Positions 1 to 9,485 of a DNA stretch of 64,000 nucleotides are shown here, piece by piece. Both the position numbers and the translations under genes were made by a program. The DNA is from a virus (lineage: Duplodnaviria > Caudoviricetes): positions 144,434-208,433 of IMG/VR virus record IMGVR_UViG_3300012983_000001; one strand, 5' to 3'. Each line of letters starts with the position of its first letter. The stretch's first letter is position 1. The notes below the pieces were generated by a model, which did not search any database, had not been told where the DNA came from, and worked only from the letters and a program-made list of their open reading frames with translations.

Positions 1-220
1 TTGTGTATTTCAAAGCATGAAACGCATCTATTAGGGTACCATGTTTACCGAATTTATTGTAAAGACCAACGGTTGATTTAATCAACACAGGTTCATTTGT
101 TGGTCCAAATTCAGCGGAGCCCAATAAGTATATATGCTTACCATGAAGTGTATCTTGTAGTATGGATGAGATTAAGCTTTGGCGGTATGCCTTTAATTCT
201 TGAGTAGTTTGCTCGGCCAT
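1..220 (-). CDS. Tail sheath protein, N-terminal part (runs off the window)
   Basis: Manual translation from ATG at 220 (RBS GGAGGT): MAEQTTQELKAYRQ...IYLLGSAEFGPTNEPVLIKSTVGLYNKFG. Matches the GxAxxGPxxxPVxIxS...FG signature of contractile sheath N-termini. Not in the ORF track. Confidence 0.6.
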   Translation of the reverse strand, partial: MAEQTTQELKAYRQSLISSILQDTLHGKHIYLLGSAEFGPTNEPVLIKSTVGLYNKFGKHGTLIDAFHALKYT

Positions 221-789
221 ATACATTTACCTCCCTTCAGTAATTGAGAAACTGCTTTTCTAGGTAATGAAGATAAGATGTTTGTAAATGGTCTGACTAG
301 GTCAGTACGGCTATCAATTAAACAGCCGTTAAGCTCTACTCTACCCTTGTCTCCACGCATTTCGTAAACATTTGTTATTTCTAACACTTGTAAAACATCC
401 ACAGGATAGCCTTGCTTATCCCAAGTAACTTTCAAAATCATGTCGCGTTCTTTTGGGTTGTATTGGTGACGGATATAATATATTTCATTTTTCTGGTTTG
501 TGACGCCAGTTGGATTCGTTGTGATGGAGTTTTCTGAAGAGTAAGCACTATTAGAACTTTCGATTGCTCTAAGTTTCTGAATGCTGGCAAAATGTCCCGT
601 TCCCATACATAATTTACAATTAGGGTCACCAGTCTTATTCAGGTCATCAAAGCAAGTGCATCTAACAAACTTACAGTTACGAATATACAAGACGTTGATG
701 CCAAACTCATCTGTAAGAAGTTCAGCATCATGTCTAAGGTTAATCTCAACATTTTTCATTTCCAAGGTTTTGTCTGTAAACTTATACAT
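193..789 (-). CDS. Putative neck/head-completion protein with Cys motifs
   Basis: CTC...PNCKLCMGTG motif; lies just upstream of the sheath gene. Confidence 0.4.
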   Translation of the reverse strand: MYKFTDKTLEMKNVEINLRHDAELLTDEFGINVLYIRNCKFVRCTCFDDLNKTGDPNCKLCMGTGHFASIQKLRAIESSNSAYSSENSITTNPTGVTNQKNEIYYIRHQYNPKERDMILKVTWDKQGYPVDVLQVLEITNVYEMRGDKGRVELNGCLIDSRTDLVRPFTNILSSLPRKAVSQLLKGGKCIWPSKLLKN

Positions 790-1673
790 TAGAAATTAGT
801 CTCCCTTGCCCAGTCTTCGTAACTATAGTTATTGATAGCTTTTACGCCAGATGCAACGATATTGATACCTCTGATAGTGTTATCAGCTTCCTGGAACTGG
901 TCTTTAAGACCATCAAGAAGATTATCAATATACGGTAACTTAGTGCTCTTCTCTATAGAGATATCTCCAATTTCTTTACGAACAGAACCATATCGGTATG
1001 AGATACCGTAATACCGAGCCATTATCAGGGCGATTTCTGTTTTATATCGAACCCAATTCTTTACGGCACGATTCGGAGTCGTATAGTTTCCATCACCATC
1101 TACTTCATAAGTAACGTTTTCTACTGCTTCGTCTGCGTTAGCTAATTCATCAATCAATTCTATTACTTCAACGCTGTTTCTGTAAATCATTGAATTGATA
1201 TATTCTTCGGTAAAGCCTTCAATGAATTCACCGATATCCTCCCATACTTTCTTCGAGGATACAAACAGAGGAGATAACTTTGACACGAATGACCATTTAA
1301 AGATATCTTTACCGATACATATCTGGACTTCGTATTTATTATTACCCTTCAGTCGTTTTACGGTGCCATATTTCTTATATAAGGCATTTGGCTTATCTGC
1401 CTTACCAGAAGATACAATTTCAAGATTGATTTTCTGTGAAGCAACGTTACTGATAACAGAAACAATATCTCCTTCGTTTAATGGGCTATGAAAGATTACC
1501 TTACCAGTATCTTGTACAGTAAGGTAATCTTCATCTTCTCCAAGTGTTTGAAGCATCCCATTAACGAAAATAGATATAGTGTCATTGATGAAAGGTTTTT
1601 CGACATTGAAAACCTGCTGTCCTTGTGTAGCAGTAAATTTTTCATTCACCGAATACTTTCTCATCATTTTCAC
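789..1673 (-). CDS. Putative head-tail adaptor/virion protein
   Basis: 294 aa; N-terminal FTATQGQQVF...VNG...DY beta module common in virion proteins; gene context. Confidence 0.4.
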   Translation of the reverse strand: MKMMRKYSVNEKFTATQGQQVFNVEKPFINDTISIFVNGMLQTLGEDEDYLTVQDTGKVIFHSPLNEGDIVSVISNVASQKINLEIVSSGKADKPNALYKKYGTVKRLKGNNKYEVQICIGKDIFKWSFVSKLSPLFVSSKKVWEDIGEFIEGFTEEYINSMIYRNSVEVIELIDELANADEAVENVTYEVDGDGNYTTPNRAVKNWVRYKTEIALIMARYYGISYRYGSVRKEIGDISIEKSTKLPYIDNLLDGLKDQFQEADNTIRGINIVASGVKAINNYSYEDWARETNF

Positions 1674-1680
1674 CTACTTT

Positions 1681-1992
1681 TTATTCCTGGTTTAACTGAG
1701 TATGTAATCCTGTTAATTCAGGATGCAATCTTTCGGTCATAATCATTGTATGCTCGATATTGCTGATTTTTTTAGAATGCGCTGCAATAATCTCATCCTG
1801 CTCGCTATTATGGTCCCAAAGTCTTTTATGACTTTTTTCATTATCTTGTTCGATACGATTAATGGCATCACGTAACACATCTACTGAGTTATTTAACTTA
1901 GTGATGCTAGTGTTAAGTTTCATCATTGGACCAGTAATAGCAATAACGAAGGTAACTAAAGCAGCGATACCTAAGAAGATTTCCCATGTCAT
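1681..1992 (-). CDS. Holin-like small membrane protein
   Basis: One N-terminal transmembrane helix followed by a coiled coil; strong RBS. Confidence 0.45.
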   Translation of the reverse strand: MTWEIFLGIAALVTFVIAITGPMMKLNTSITKLNNSVDVLRDAINRIEQDNEKSHKRLWDHNSEQDEIIAAHSKKISNIEHTMIMTERLHPELTGLHTQLNQE

Positions 1993-2007
1993 AGCCTATT
2001 CCTCCTA

Positions 2008-2802
2008 TTATTGTGCTGTGCCATCATCTATGGCATATGTAACTACTGTTTCTAATGCGTCCTTGATAGCCTCATCCACTGCTGGTAATACAGAGTTAAT
2101 GATGTAATTAACTAATGCTTCTTCTGTTACTAATTTTGTAGCAGAAGGAGCTGTGCCACCTTCGGTGGTTCCGTCGCCATCATTAATGGATGTAGCTTTG
2201 TCAATATACACGCCACCATTAGTCTCATCGACTTTAATAGATTCCTCTCCTGCTTTGATTTTCAGTTCTCCAGAAATCTTATTGTCAGCAGAGATAGACA
2301 TCTTGATGGAATTCGTGTCTTGGGTGGTATATACATTCTGTAAATAATTCTTCAGAGAGATGAAGTAATAGCTTTCGCCACCAGCTTCATTGTCCGTATC
2401 TGCTGTAAATAACAGACCAACTTCGCCTGCGGTTACACCCTCTGGTTTAGTAATCGCACTGTTGGTTAAATCATCAGCTGTCAGTGTATGGCTTTCTACT
2501 TTTCTAAAGAACGATGTAGACAATACAGAAGATACATTGCCGACTTTGTCTGCTACATAATCAACGATTGCCTTTGTGCTTGCAACCGATGTATTGTCAG
2601 CCGTAAATCCTTCAGCAAGCATATCAGTTACGATATTGCTAAGAACATTGTCGTCATCAGTAGCATCAAAAAGCTTTACAGAGCCGAGATAACCAACGCC
2701 AGTATTTAGCAAATAGAAAGTCATCGGGTCTTTAGTTACAACGGCATCGTACTGTGCTTGTGGGTCTGCGCTTGTAAACAATTTGAACTTAAAAGCTGCC
2801 AT
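2008..2802 (-). CDS. Virion structural/fibre protein
   Basis: Start moved to MAAFKF behind AGGAGG; Thr/Asp/Ala-rich. Confidence 0.4.
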   Translation of the reverse strand: MAAFKFKLFTSADPQAQYDAVVTKDPMTFYLLNTGVGYLGSVKLFDATDDDNVLSNIVTDMLAEGFTADNTSVASTKAIVDYVADKVGNVSSVLSTSFFRKVESHTLTADDLTNSAITKPEGVTAGEVGLLFTADTDNEAGGESYYFISLKNYLQNVYTTQDTNSIKMSISADNKISGELKIKAGEESIKVDETNGGVYIDKATSINDGDGTTEGGTAPSATKLVTEEALVNYIINSVLPAVDEAIKDALETVVTYAIDDGTAQ

Positions 2803-2879
2803 AGTTTTGCCCTCCTTTTTATTTTTAGTGTATAGCATACCGAAGCTTATTAGTACTTCGGTATGCTATATTATTGTGA

Positions 2880-3692
2880 TTATACGTTTTTAATAACAGA
2901 ATAAGCATCACCTGTATTCTGTACAGTGTAACCATCAGCAACATAGTTAACAGGGTTATTTTCTGTACCGTTATCATCAGTAGTTGCACCAGAAGGGTCG
3001 AACTGATAGAAAGTACCACCCTTGACGGTGATGGTACCGCCAACAGTATTATTGACATTTAAAGTCCAGCGAGGAGTCTGGCAGGTAAAAGTACCGCCGT
3101 TGATAGTTGCAGAACCACCTTTGACGTAAATCAGGTCATAGTGGTCATGTTCACCTGCACCTACGTTGGTAAAATTACCACCATTGATGATAACATTACC
3201 GCCATTGACGAAAACACCGATACTCCAGTCATTATTACCAACGCTATTAACAATACTATTCTCGTCACCATTGATGGTTAGAGTACCTGCGGTAACCCAG
3301 AATACACCGTTACCATCGGTATCTTCAGGCATTGCAATATTCATGCCGTTTAGGTCAATGGTCAAGTCTTTTGTAATCTCGATTGCAGTCTTTAAAGTAA
3401 CATCGCTCAACAGAGTAATAGTCTGACCTTCAGTTGCAGCAGCAACTGCCCCTTCGAGAGTGGAATAAGATTGCTCACCAATCTTTACTTGGATTTCGCC
3501 AAGCTCAACTAAAGTATCTTCAATAGCCTGTTGAACTTCTGCATCTGTTACTAAAGCCTCACCACTAATTTGCCTACCATTAAAGAGCAGTATACCATCT
3601 TCGCTTTCGCTTAACTTATCCAAGACAGCTTTGTTAGGAAAATATCCCTGAAGTACGCCTACAATGTATGTTTGTAATTGATTTAATGTCAT
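2880..3692 (-). CDS. Fibre/adhesin protein with beta-helix-like C-terminal domain
   Basis: Repeated (V/I)xINGGxF motifs and YSTLEGAVAAA..TITLLSDV..TIDLNG, typical of clostridial adhesin repeats. Confidence 0.5.
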   Translation of the reverse strand: MTLNQLQTYIVGVLQGYFPNKAVLDKLSESEDGILLFNGRQISGEALVTDAEVQQAIEDTLVELGEIQVKIGEQSYSTLEGAVAAATEGQTITLLSDVTLKTAIEITKDLTIDLNGMNIAMPEDTDGNGVFWVTAGTLTINGDENSIVNSVGNNDWSIGVFVNGGNVIINGGNFTNVGAGEHDHYDLIYVKGGSATINGGTFTCQTPRWTLNVNNTVGGTITVKGGTFYQFDPSGATTDDNGTENNPVNYVADGYTVQNTGDAYSVIKNV

Positions 3693-3695
3693 GGT

Positions 3696-4298
3696 TTATC
3701 CCTCCTTTTTTAATAAAATGTTTAAGGTATCAGTAATTGCTTGTTGTATTTCTATATCTGTAACTACAGGAAATACAGGAATTCCTTTATAGTTTAACAG
3801 CCCATCTGTATCAGATAAGTCATTGAGTACTAATAAATTTTCATGTTCATGACTATCTGTTTTAAGTAAATAGTCCTTAAGTAATTCTTCAACTTCGGTC
3901 TTTAGTATGTATTGTTCAAGATTTACTCTTGTGTTGCCGATAAGTTCCCATTGACCATCAAGATACATGTATTCTTCATAGTAATTCTTATCTATTGGGT
4001 CAACTGCAAGAAAATATATACATGCTGTTTTGATATCTTCAGTAGGCAATTCAGTGACTTTAATAATTTGCAATGAAGTAGATGCATTAAATAACTCTTT
4101 TGCATATTGCTTAGCATTATCTAGTATAGCGTTCCATGTATCTTTGTCTTCTTGAGTAACGTGAATTACAAGATTACTAGTATGGTCATTTAAGTTGTTA
4201 CCGCCAGTACTTTCTATCAAGGCCTTCACTTCATCTATTTTACCAAGCAGAATAAGATTATTTAGATACAATGCATCCTTAAGGTTTTGCAGGGTCAC
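3696..4298 (-). CDS. Fibre-type virion protein
   Basis: Likely GTG start behind GGAGGTGAT; HVTQEDKDTWN and HEHENLLVLNDLS motifs shared with neighbours. Confidence 0.45.
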   Translation of the reverse strand: MTLQNLKDALYLNNLILLGKIDEVKALIESTGGNNLNDHTSNLVIHVTQEDKDTWNAILDNAKQYAKELFNASTSLQIIKVTELPTEDIKTACIYFLAVDPIDKNYYEEYMYLDGQWELIGNTRVNLEQYILKTEVEELLKDYLLKTDSHEHENLLVLNDLSDTDGLLNYKGIPVFPVVTDIEIQQAITDTLNILLKKEG

Positions 4299-4677
4299 TT
4301 GTATCACCTCCCGTATTGTCTTCATCGCCTCCGTCATACTCAGGGTCTATTTCTAACCACAATTCGTGTATCATTACAGTAATCTGAGTTTTCGTGTATT
4401 CCTGAGAAACAGTTACGTCATTAAATACCAAAACATTGTTGATATAGTCGAACTTTGAAAGCAAATCATATTGTTTTTGACTTAACATCGTTACGTTACT
4501 TACATATAAGCCATCTGTTTCTAAGGTTACAGCGTTATTGTCTTTCTTCGATACGGAAGGAAATACAGGGGTGTCCTTATAATATAATATACCGCCAACA
4601 TCAGAAAGCTTGTCTATTACATCAAAGTTTTCATGAAAATGTAGCTGTATTAAACTTCCTGGGCTGTTATTATTCAT
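4279..4677 (-). CDS. Fibre-type virion protein
   Basis: HFHENFDVIDKLS and DNNAVTLETDGLYV repeats shared with neighbours. Confidence 0.4.
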   Translation of the reverse strand: MNNNSPGSLIQLHFHENFDVIDKLSDVGGILYYKDTPVFPSVSKKDNNAVTLETDGLYVSNVTMLSQKQYDLLSKFDYINNVLVFNDVTVSQEYTKTQITVMIHELWLEIDPEYDGGDEDNTGGDTSDPAKP

Positions 4678-5866
4678 TACTATCGTCACCCTTCCTTATT
4701 CCTGTAATTCGATAGACACACACGTTATGATAGTAGTTTATCCATATCTTGTTTTCGTGCATCCTAATCTTTGAATTAGATACGAGAATACCATATCCGT
4801 ATTCTAACATGTAGTCTATGCCTTTCTCGTAAAGAAGATTGAGTACATCAGTATCAATGACTGCTGTTTTTGCACACCCTGGCGTATCTTGAGGGTCATT
4901 TGGTTTATAGTAATATTCTACCAGAAGTATGTTGTAATTGTCTATAAAATCTTTTAATTCATACACGCCTGAATCAGTTAACTCGTAATCTAAAAGATTT
5001 ATCTTTGCAAATGCCGATGATATCTGCATTGTTTTGATTTCGTCTGTATAGTCACGCACATAAAGCTGGCCGTTAATCAATTGTGCTGCGTTTTTGTCTT
5101 GACTAGACACTCCAATGTCATGAATATTAGCGCCGTCATAAAGCAATTCACCATTTTCATTTTCAGTAAACTTATCAATAACAGATTGGTTATCATGAAC
5201 ATGGCTATTATCTATAGCATCTTGCGCATCTGTTTTAAGTACATAATGATTTAATATGGTATTGGTAACGCCAAGCTTAATCCATTGTCCCATGATATAC
5301 ATGTTCATAGTACATGGACAACCTTCAGGACACTCTGGGTCATTATCAAGTAAGTATATAGTTGTTTCAGAAATATCATCTTCTTCAGGTAATGTAGACA
5401 CAGGACGTATTTCCAGAATTTTTAACTTCTGAATTTCATCTAATGTAAACACTTTGGCATCTGCCAGCATTTGATTCCACGTATCTTTATCTAATTGTGT
5501 TACATGAATTTCATTATCATTTGTATGGTCTGTATGCTGCTGAATTTCTGTTGAGTAATCTGTGACAAATATACCATCAGGTAATTGTTGTATTGCATTA
5601 TCTGCTTGTGCAGACACACGACATAAGAGATGTGTATCATAATAGATATTACCTTGGTCATCAGCAGTAATTTTGTTCAAGATTGCCTTAATGGTAGCAT
5701 CAACATGTACGTCTGTATTATTCATGTGCGCATTCAAGTCATTGGTGTAATCTTTTACATATAAACCATCACTAAGCATCTGGAAGGCATTATCAGCTTG
5801 TGCAGACAATCTGAAGATACCATTCAGTATGTAGATTAAATCGTCTTTCGTTAACGCTTTCTGCAT
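4670..5866 (-). CDS. Fibre-type virion protein
   Basis: Internal repeats SAQADNAxQxLxDGxxV and HxNxxxxHV; start MQKALT behind GGAGG. Confidence 0.45.
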   Translation of the reverse strand: MQKALTKDDLIYILNGIFRLSAQADNAFQMLSDGLYVKDYTNDLNAHMNNTDVHVDATIKAILNKITADDQGNIYYDTHLLCRVSAQADNAIQQLPDGIFVTDYSTEIQQHTDHTNDNEIHVTQLDKDTWNQMLADAKVFTLDEIQKLKILEIRPVSTLPEEDDISETTIYLLDNDPECPEGCPCTMNMYIMGQWIKLGVTNTILNHYVLKTDAQDAIDNSHVHDNQSVIDKFTENENGELLYDGANIHDIGVSSQDKNAAQLINGQLYVRDYTDEIKTMQISSAFAKINLLDYELTDSGVYELKDFIDNYNILLVEYYYKPNDPQDTPGCAKTAVIDTDVLNLLYEKGIDYMLEYGYGILVSNSKIRMHENKIWINYYHNVCVYRITGIRKGDDSNE

Positions 5867-5877
5867 ATCACTTCCTC

Positions 5878-6399
5878 CTACCAAATGTTTTGTATAATCT
5901 CATCAAGCTCTTCCTGTGTATATGGCTGAAAATCAGTTTGTGTAGACTCTTCTTCTTGCTTCAAACGATAACCACGCTGTATGTCGACACGTAATCCGTC
6001 TGGCATTTGTACTGCAATCTGTTTGTGTATCATATTTGGAGCCATACTAACTAATTTACCTGGTATAAGCTCAGACAAATATAATGGCGTATCGACATCG
6101 AATTTAAGCCTATCAGTTAATATATATCCTGAAGTGATAAACTTACAAGTGTGATTATCAATAACAGATGATATTACTCCGCAGACTTCTGATTCCATGG
6201 TGTTAATTGCCAGAGCTTTCTCAAAAGTTTGCTTTTGTATATTATAATATATCACATCGCCAACTTGAAATCCATGGTTTTCTTGTTGAATTGTAACATC
6301 TTTATCTATATGCTCATACACTCCAAGGAATTCCAAATCATGAATGTCGTGACCATAAGGCACTTCTAATATCAATGAATTATTCTTTGTTTTTACCAT
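5878..6399 (-). CDS. Virion protein with a shared ~110-aa beta domain
   Basis: QENHGF.VGD...KALA...PLYLSE..PG domain also present in the 6399 and 9485 ORFs. Confidence 0.4.
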   Translation of the reverse strand: MVKTKNNSLILEVPYGHDIHDLEFLGVYEHIDKDVTIQQENHGFQVGDVIYYNIQKQTFEKALAINTMESEVCGVISSVIDNHTCKFITSGYILTDRLKFDVDTPLYLSELIPGKLVSMAPNMIHKQIAVQMPDGLRVDIQRGYRLKQEEESTQTDFQPYTQEELDEIIQNIW

Positions 6400-7829
6400 T
6401 ACATCACCCCAGTCACTGTTTGTGCAATAATATCATCAAGCTCTTGCTTTGTGTATTTCTCAAAGTCATCTTGATATGTCGAGTACGGTGCCAATTTAGA
6501 ACCAGTAGAACCTTGCTCAATTCTAATAAGAATTCTGTTGTTGGTATAAACAGCCACTGGTACATATACCATTGAAGTAATCTCTTGATATTGAACTAAA
6601 GCTCCAGGAGTAGTATCTGATAAGTATAATATTGTTGTATCTTTACAGTCTAATGTGGTCCATGGTATTGCGCCTGTAGTTACAAGAGTAAAAGTGTCTT
6701 TATCATATACATCAGCTATAATACCAACTGGTGGGTTGAAATCCGTAACAATAGCAATCGCTCTTTCATACTTGCCATCGGACGTTAAACAGACAACATC
6801 ATGTTTGTGCAATCCGTGATTTTCTTGTACTACATCTTCTGGCGTCAGTAATTTATCGGGCGTAACATTTAAGTAATCAAAACGAAATACCGTTCGTCCA
6901 AATATATCTCTGTCTATATTAGTATTCTTTTTGTTTTCCTGAAAGACAGCTTCAATTGTTATATCATAACCAGGAGAAGTAATATTTAGCACTTCGTTAT
7001 ATGCTTGATATTGTAAATCGTAATCTTGACATGCCCACTCTTGAAATAATTTCAATGCGTTGTATGGTTTCTGTAATTCGATTCTAACAGGATATCGTGT
7101 ACATGCACGATATAACTGTGTATCAAACGAATTCTTTACAGTGATTTCGTATACATCACTAATACGTTCAATAGTAGCATAGCCATCAATACGGTCTGTA
7201 TCACTGCCTTCTTGTGTAAATGCATCGTATAGACACGGATTACAGAATCCAGAACCACCACCTGCATTAAATGAAGTGGAATCCGAACTGTATCCACCAT
7301 ACCATCCGCCACCGCCAGCAGGCTTATTATCAACACCATTTTGTCCTTGACCAAAAGCATATCCTTTGGATTGAGTTGCTCTTCTGTTACCGCGTCGCTC
7401 TGGTCCAGCCTCTAATCCGCCACCATGACCATAGTTTTCTGGATTTGTTTTTCCTGCACCACCGCCACCACCTGCAACTAAAAGAACATCAAGTTCATGT
7501 TCAGAATATCCTGACAATGTACCATGATTACTAATGGCAATATGTGTAGCTCCACCACCACCATTATTATTTGGACTACTTCCACCACCATTATATCCAT
7601 TGGTAGGGTCTGACGATGGACCGCCAGCCTTACCAACGCATACATATAACGTGACATTATGCTGAGCTAAATAAAATCCTTCGCTATAACCACCATTGGA
7701 CCGAGAATATGGATTATTGCCATTATTCGTACCGCCTTTGGCTCCATAGCAAGTTATTTTATATAACCCAGCAGTTAAATGGATTTCTTGTACTTGATTC
7801 ATATAATTGAACTCATACATGAATATCAC
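6399..7829 (-). CDS. Glycine-rich-domain virion protein
   Basis: YKITCYGAKGG...LYVCVG...GYNGGG...GGGGATHIA...LLVAGGGGGAG...GGGGWYGG (ALK/LTK-type glycine-rich domain of phage tail proteins) plus the shared beta domain. Confidence 0.6.
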   Translation of the reverse strand: MIFMYEFNYMNQVQEIHLTAGLYKITCYGAKGGTNNGNNPYSRSNGGYSEGFYLAQHNVTLYVCVGKAGGPSSDPTNGYNGGGSSPNNNGGGGATHIAISNHGTLSGYSEHELDVLLVAGGGGGAGKTNPENYGHGGGLEAGPERRGNRRATQSKGYAFGQGQNGVDNKPAGGGGWYGGYSSDSTSFNAGGGSGFCNPCLYDAFTQEGSDTDRIDGYATIERISDVYEITVKNSFDTQLYRACTRYPVRIELQKPYNALKLFQEWACQDYDLQYQAYNEVLNITSPGYDITIEAVFQENKKNTNIDRDIFGRTVFRFDYLNVTPDKLLTPEDVVQENHGLHKHDVVCLTSDGKYERAIAIVTDFNPPVGIIADVYDKDTFTLVTTGAIPWTTLDCKDTTILYLSDTTPGALVQYQEITSMVYVPVAVYTNNRILIRIEQGSTGSKLAPYSTYQDDFEKYTKQELDDIIAQTVTGVM

Positions 7830-9104
7830 CTACAGTTTTAATAAGAATGAAAAGTCATAATAAAGCTGCCAATATGTTGTGTTATATGCTAAATTAGACC
7901 AGTTAGCAATGGTATCTCTCATATAGCTACCCATGCACCAATATTGCTCTCCATTGATTTCATAGTTAGCGTTCCATTTTTGCAATCCAGACGGTGCGTA
8001 ATATACATTATCAAAATCAATAAAACCATTGATACATATTGGTTTGGTTAACAGAGTGTTATCTGACCTTGCAAGACTATATAAACCAAAGCAATATGGC
8101 TTTGTTGTAGCGTATAGATTAGAAAATAAACAATATGGGTTGATATTTATAGCACCTGTAATGTCTTTACCACCAGGATAAAATAAATCATATAGTGGCT
8201 CAATATGGTGACCAAAATAAGTAAATGCATTTAAGTTCGGCCACTGGCTTGCCTCGTTTGTATGGGATTTTTCTCCTTCATTTAAGTTTCCGTTTACTAC
8301 ATGTGTAATAGCATCTAAAGAAATAGTATTAAAATTATACCATCTTGAATTTACTGCACCACCTAATGTCGTAAAAACAACGTTTTTTTGATTGATATCT
8401 TGTCCTTGCATAACAAATAATAATGGTATTTCATTACCATTCCAGTTTTCATAGCTAATGTGTAAGAAATTTGTATTGTATCGTATTTTAATAGTATAAA
8501 TGTATTGTAATTTATTTTGTGTTGTAATAGAAGAATATGCGCCCTTACTAAAACTACGTATGGAACTCATTTTAGAAGTAGTATTTGATTGTATATTTGT
8601 TTGATTATTGTAACCATAACTAGGACTACTCCACATCGTAATGTGCATACTAATACTACGATTACAGCTCCATCCTGGTGTAACAATTTTACCTTTACGA
8701 TACACTACAGGAATCGACAGGCCACATTGAATATTAGTCGATGCTCCTGATGCTGCATTATCAAATAAGTTTAATGCTCTTATGTAAAAAGTAGTATCAA
8801 AAATTGTAAATGAAAAATTACTATCTTCAAATTGAATAGATAAAATTTTATCATCTAAGGCGCTAAGTATTTGCTTAAGGTCTTGATAAAATATACTAGT
8901 ACCTTCTGTATGCAAAAAGATGTTTGTAAATGTACCCCAACCGCTAGTGTTTACATATCCTGCTACATGCGTAATTTTAGCAATACTTTTTAATGTACCT
9001 GTATTGTCTTCTACTGCATACTCAGGATAATTCAGGACACTGGGAGTATCCAATAATGTATAACTATCTGCTGTATGGTTATAAGTTTTTTGAATAAATG
9101 GCAT
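7830..9104 (-). CDS. Hypothetical protein, possible receptor-binding tail component
   Basis: 424 aa, Asn/Tyr/Thr-rich, AT-rich DNA within the fibre cluster. Confidence 0.35.
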   Translation of the reverse strand: MPFIQKTYNHTADSYTLLDTPSVLNYPEYAVEDNTGTLKSIAKITHVAGYVNTSGWGTFTNIFLHTEGTSIFYQDLKQILSALDDKILSIQFEDSNFSFTIFDTTFYIRALNLFDNAASGASTNIQCGLSIPVVYRKGKIVTPGWSCNRSISMHITMWSSPSYGYNNQTNIQSNTTSKMSSIRSFSKGAYSSITTQNKLQYIYTIKIRYNTNFLHISYENWNGNEIPLLFVMQGQDINQKNVVFTTLGGAVNSRWYNFNTISLDAITHVVNGNLNEGEKSHTNEASQWPNLNAFTYFGHHIEPLYDLFYPGGKDITGAININPYCLFSNLYATTKPYCFGLYSLARSDNTLLTKPICINGFIDFDNVYYAPSGLQKWNANYEINGEQYWCMGSYMRDTIANWSNLAYNTTYWQLYYDFSFLLKL

Positions 9105-9107
9105 CTC

Positions 9108-9485
9108 TTATTCCTCCTCTACTAATGTAATGGTATTACCTTTAGAGAAGACATGGTTAATATCCACATCAAACTCATCGCCTTTATATAATGTAATTGG
9201 TTCACGATGATACTCATCATTGATTGGTACAAATGTAAGTTTTCCCATATAGTTAAATACATGATGAGGGTCAACAGCAAATTGTTTAGTACTAATGATT
9301 TCTTCTATCGTTGTATCTGATATACTACCAGAAATTGCACCACCTTCGGTCCTGAGGCGACGAATTAATGCACCATAATCTCTTAGAACGTATTTTGACA
9401 TTACAAAACCTTTTTCGTCTAACGCATCTTCAATGTCTTGAACAGAAGTTAATGCAGCTAAGACTTTCTTTGGTAATGGCATCAT
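9108..9485 (-). CDS. Hypothetical virion protein
   Basis: 125-aa ORF in the operon. Confidence 0.4.
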   Translation of the reverse strand: MMPLPKKVLAALTSVQDIEDALDEKGFVMSKYVLRDYGALIRRLRTEGGAISGSISDTTIEEIISTKQFAVDPHHVFNYMGKLTFVPINDEYHREPITLYKGDEFDVDINHVFSKGNTITLVEEE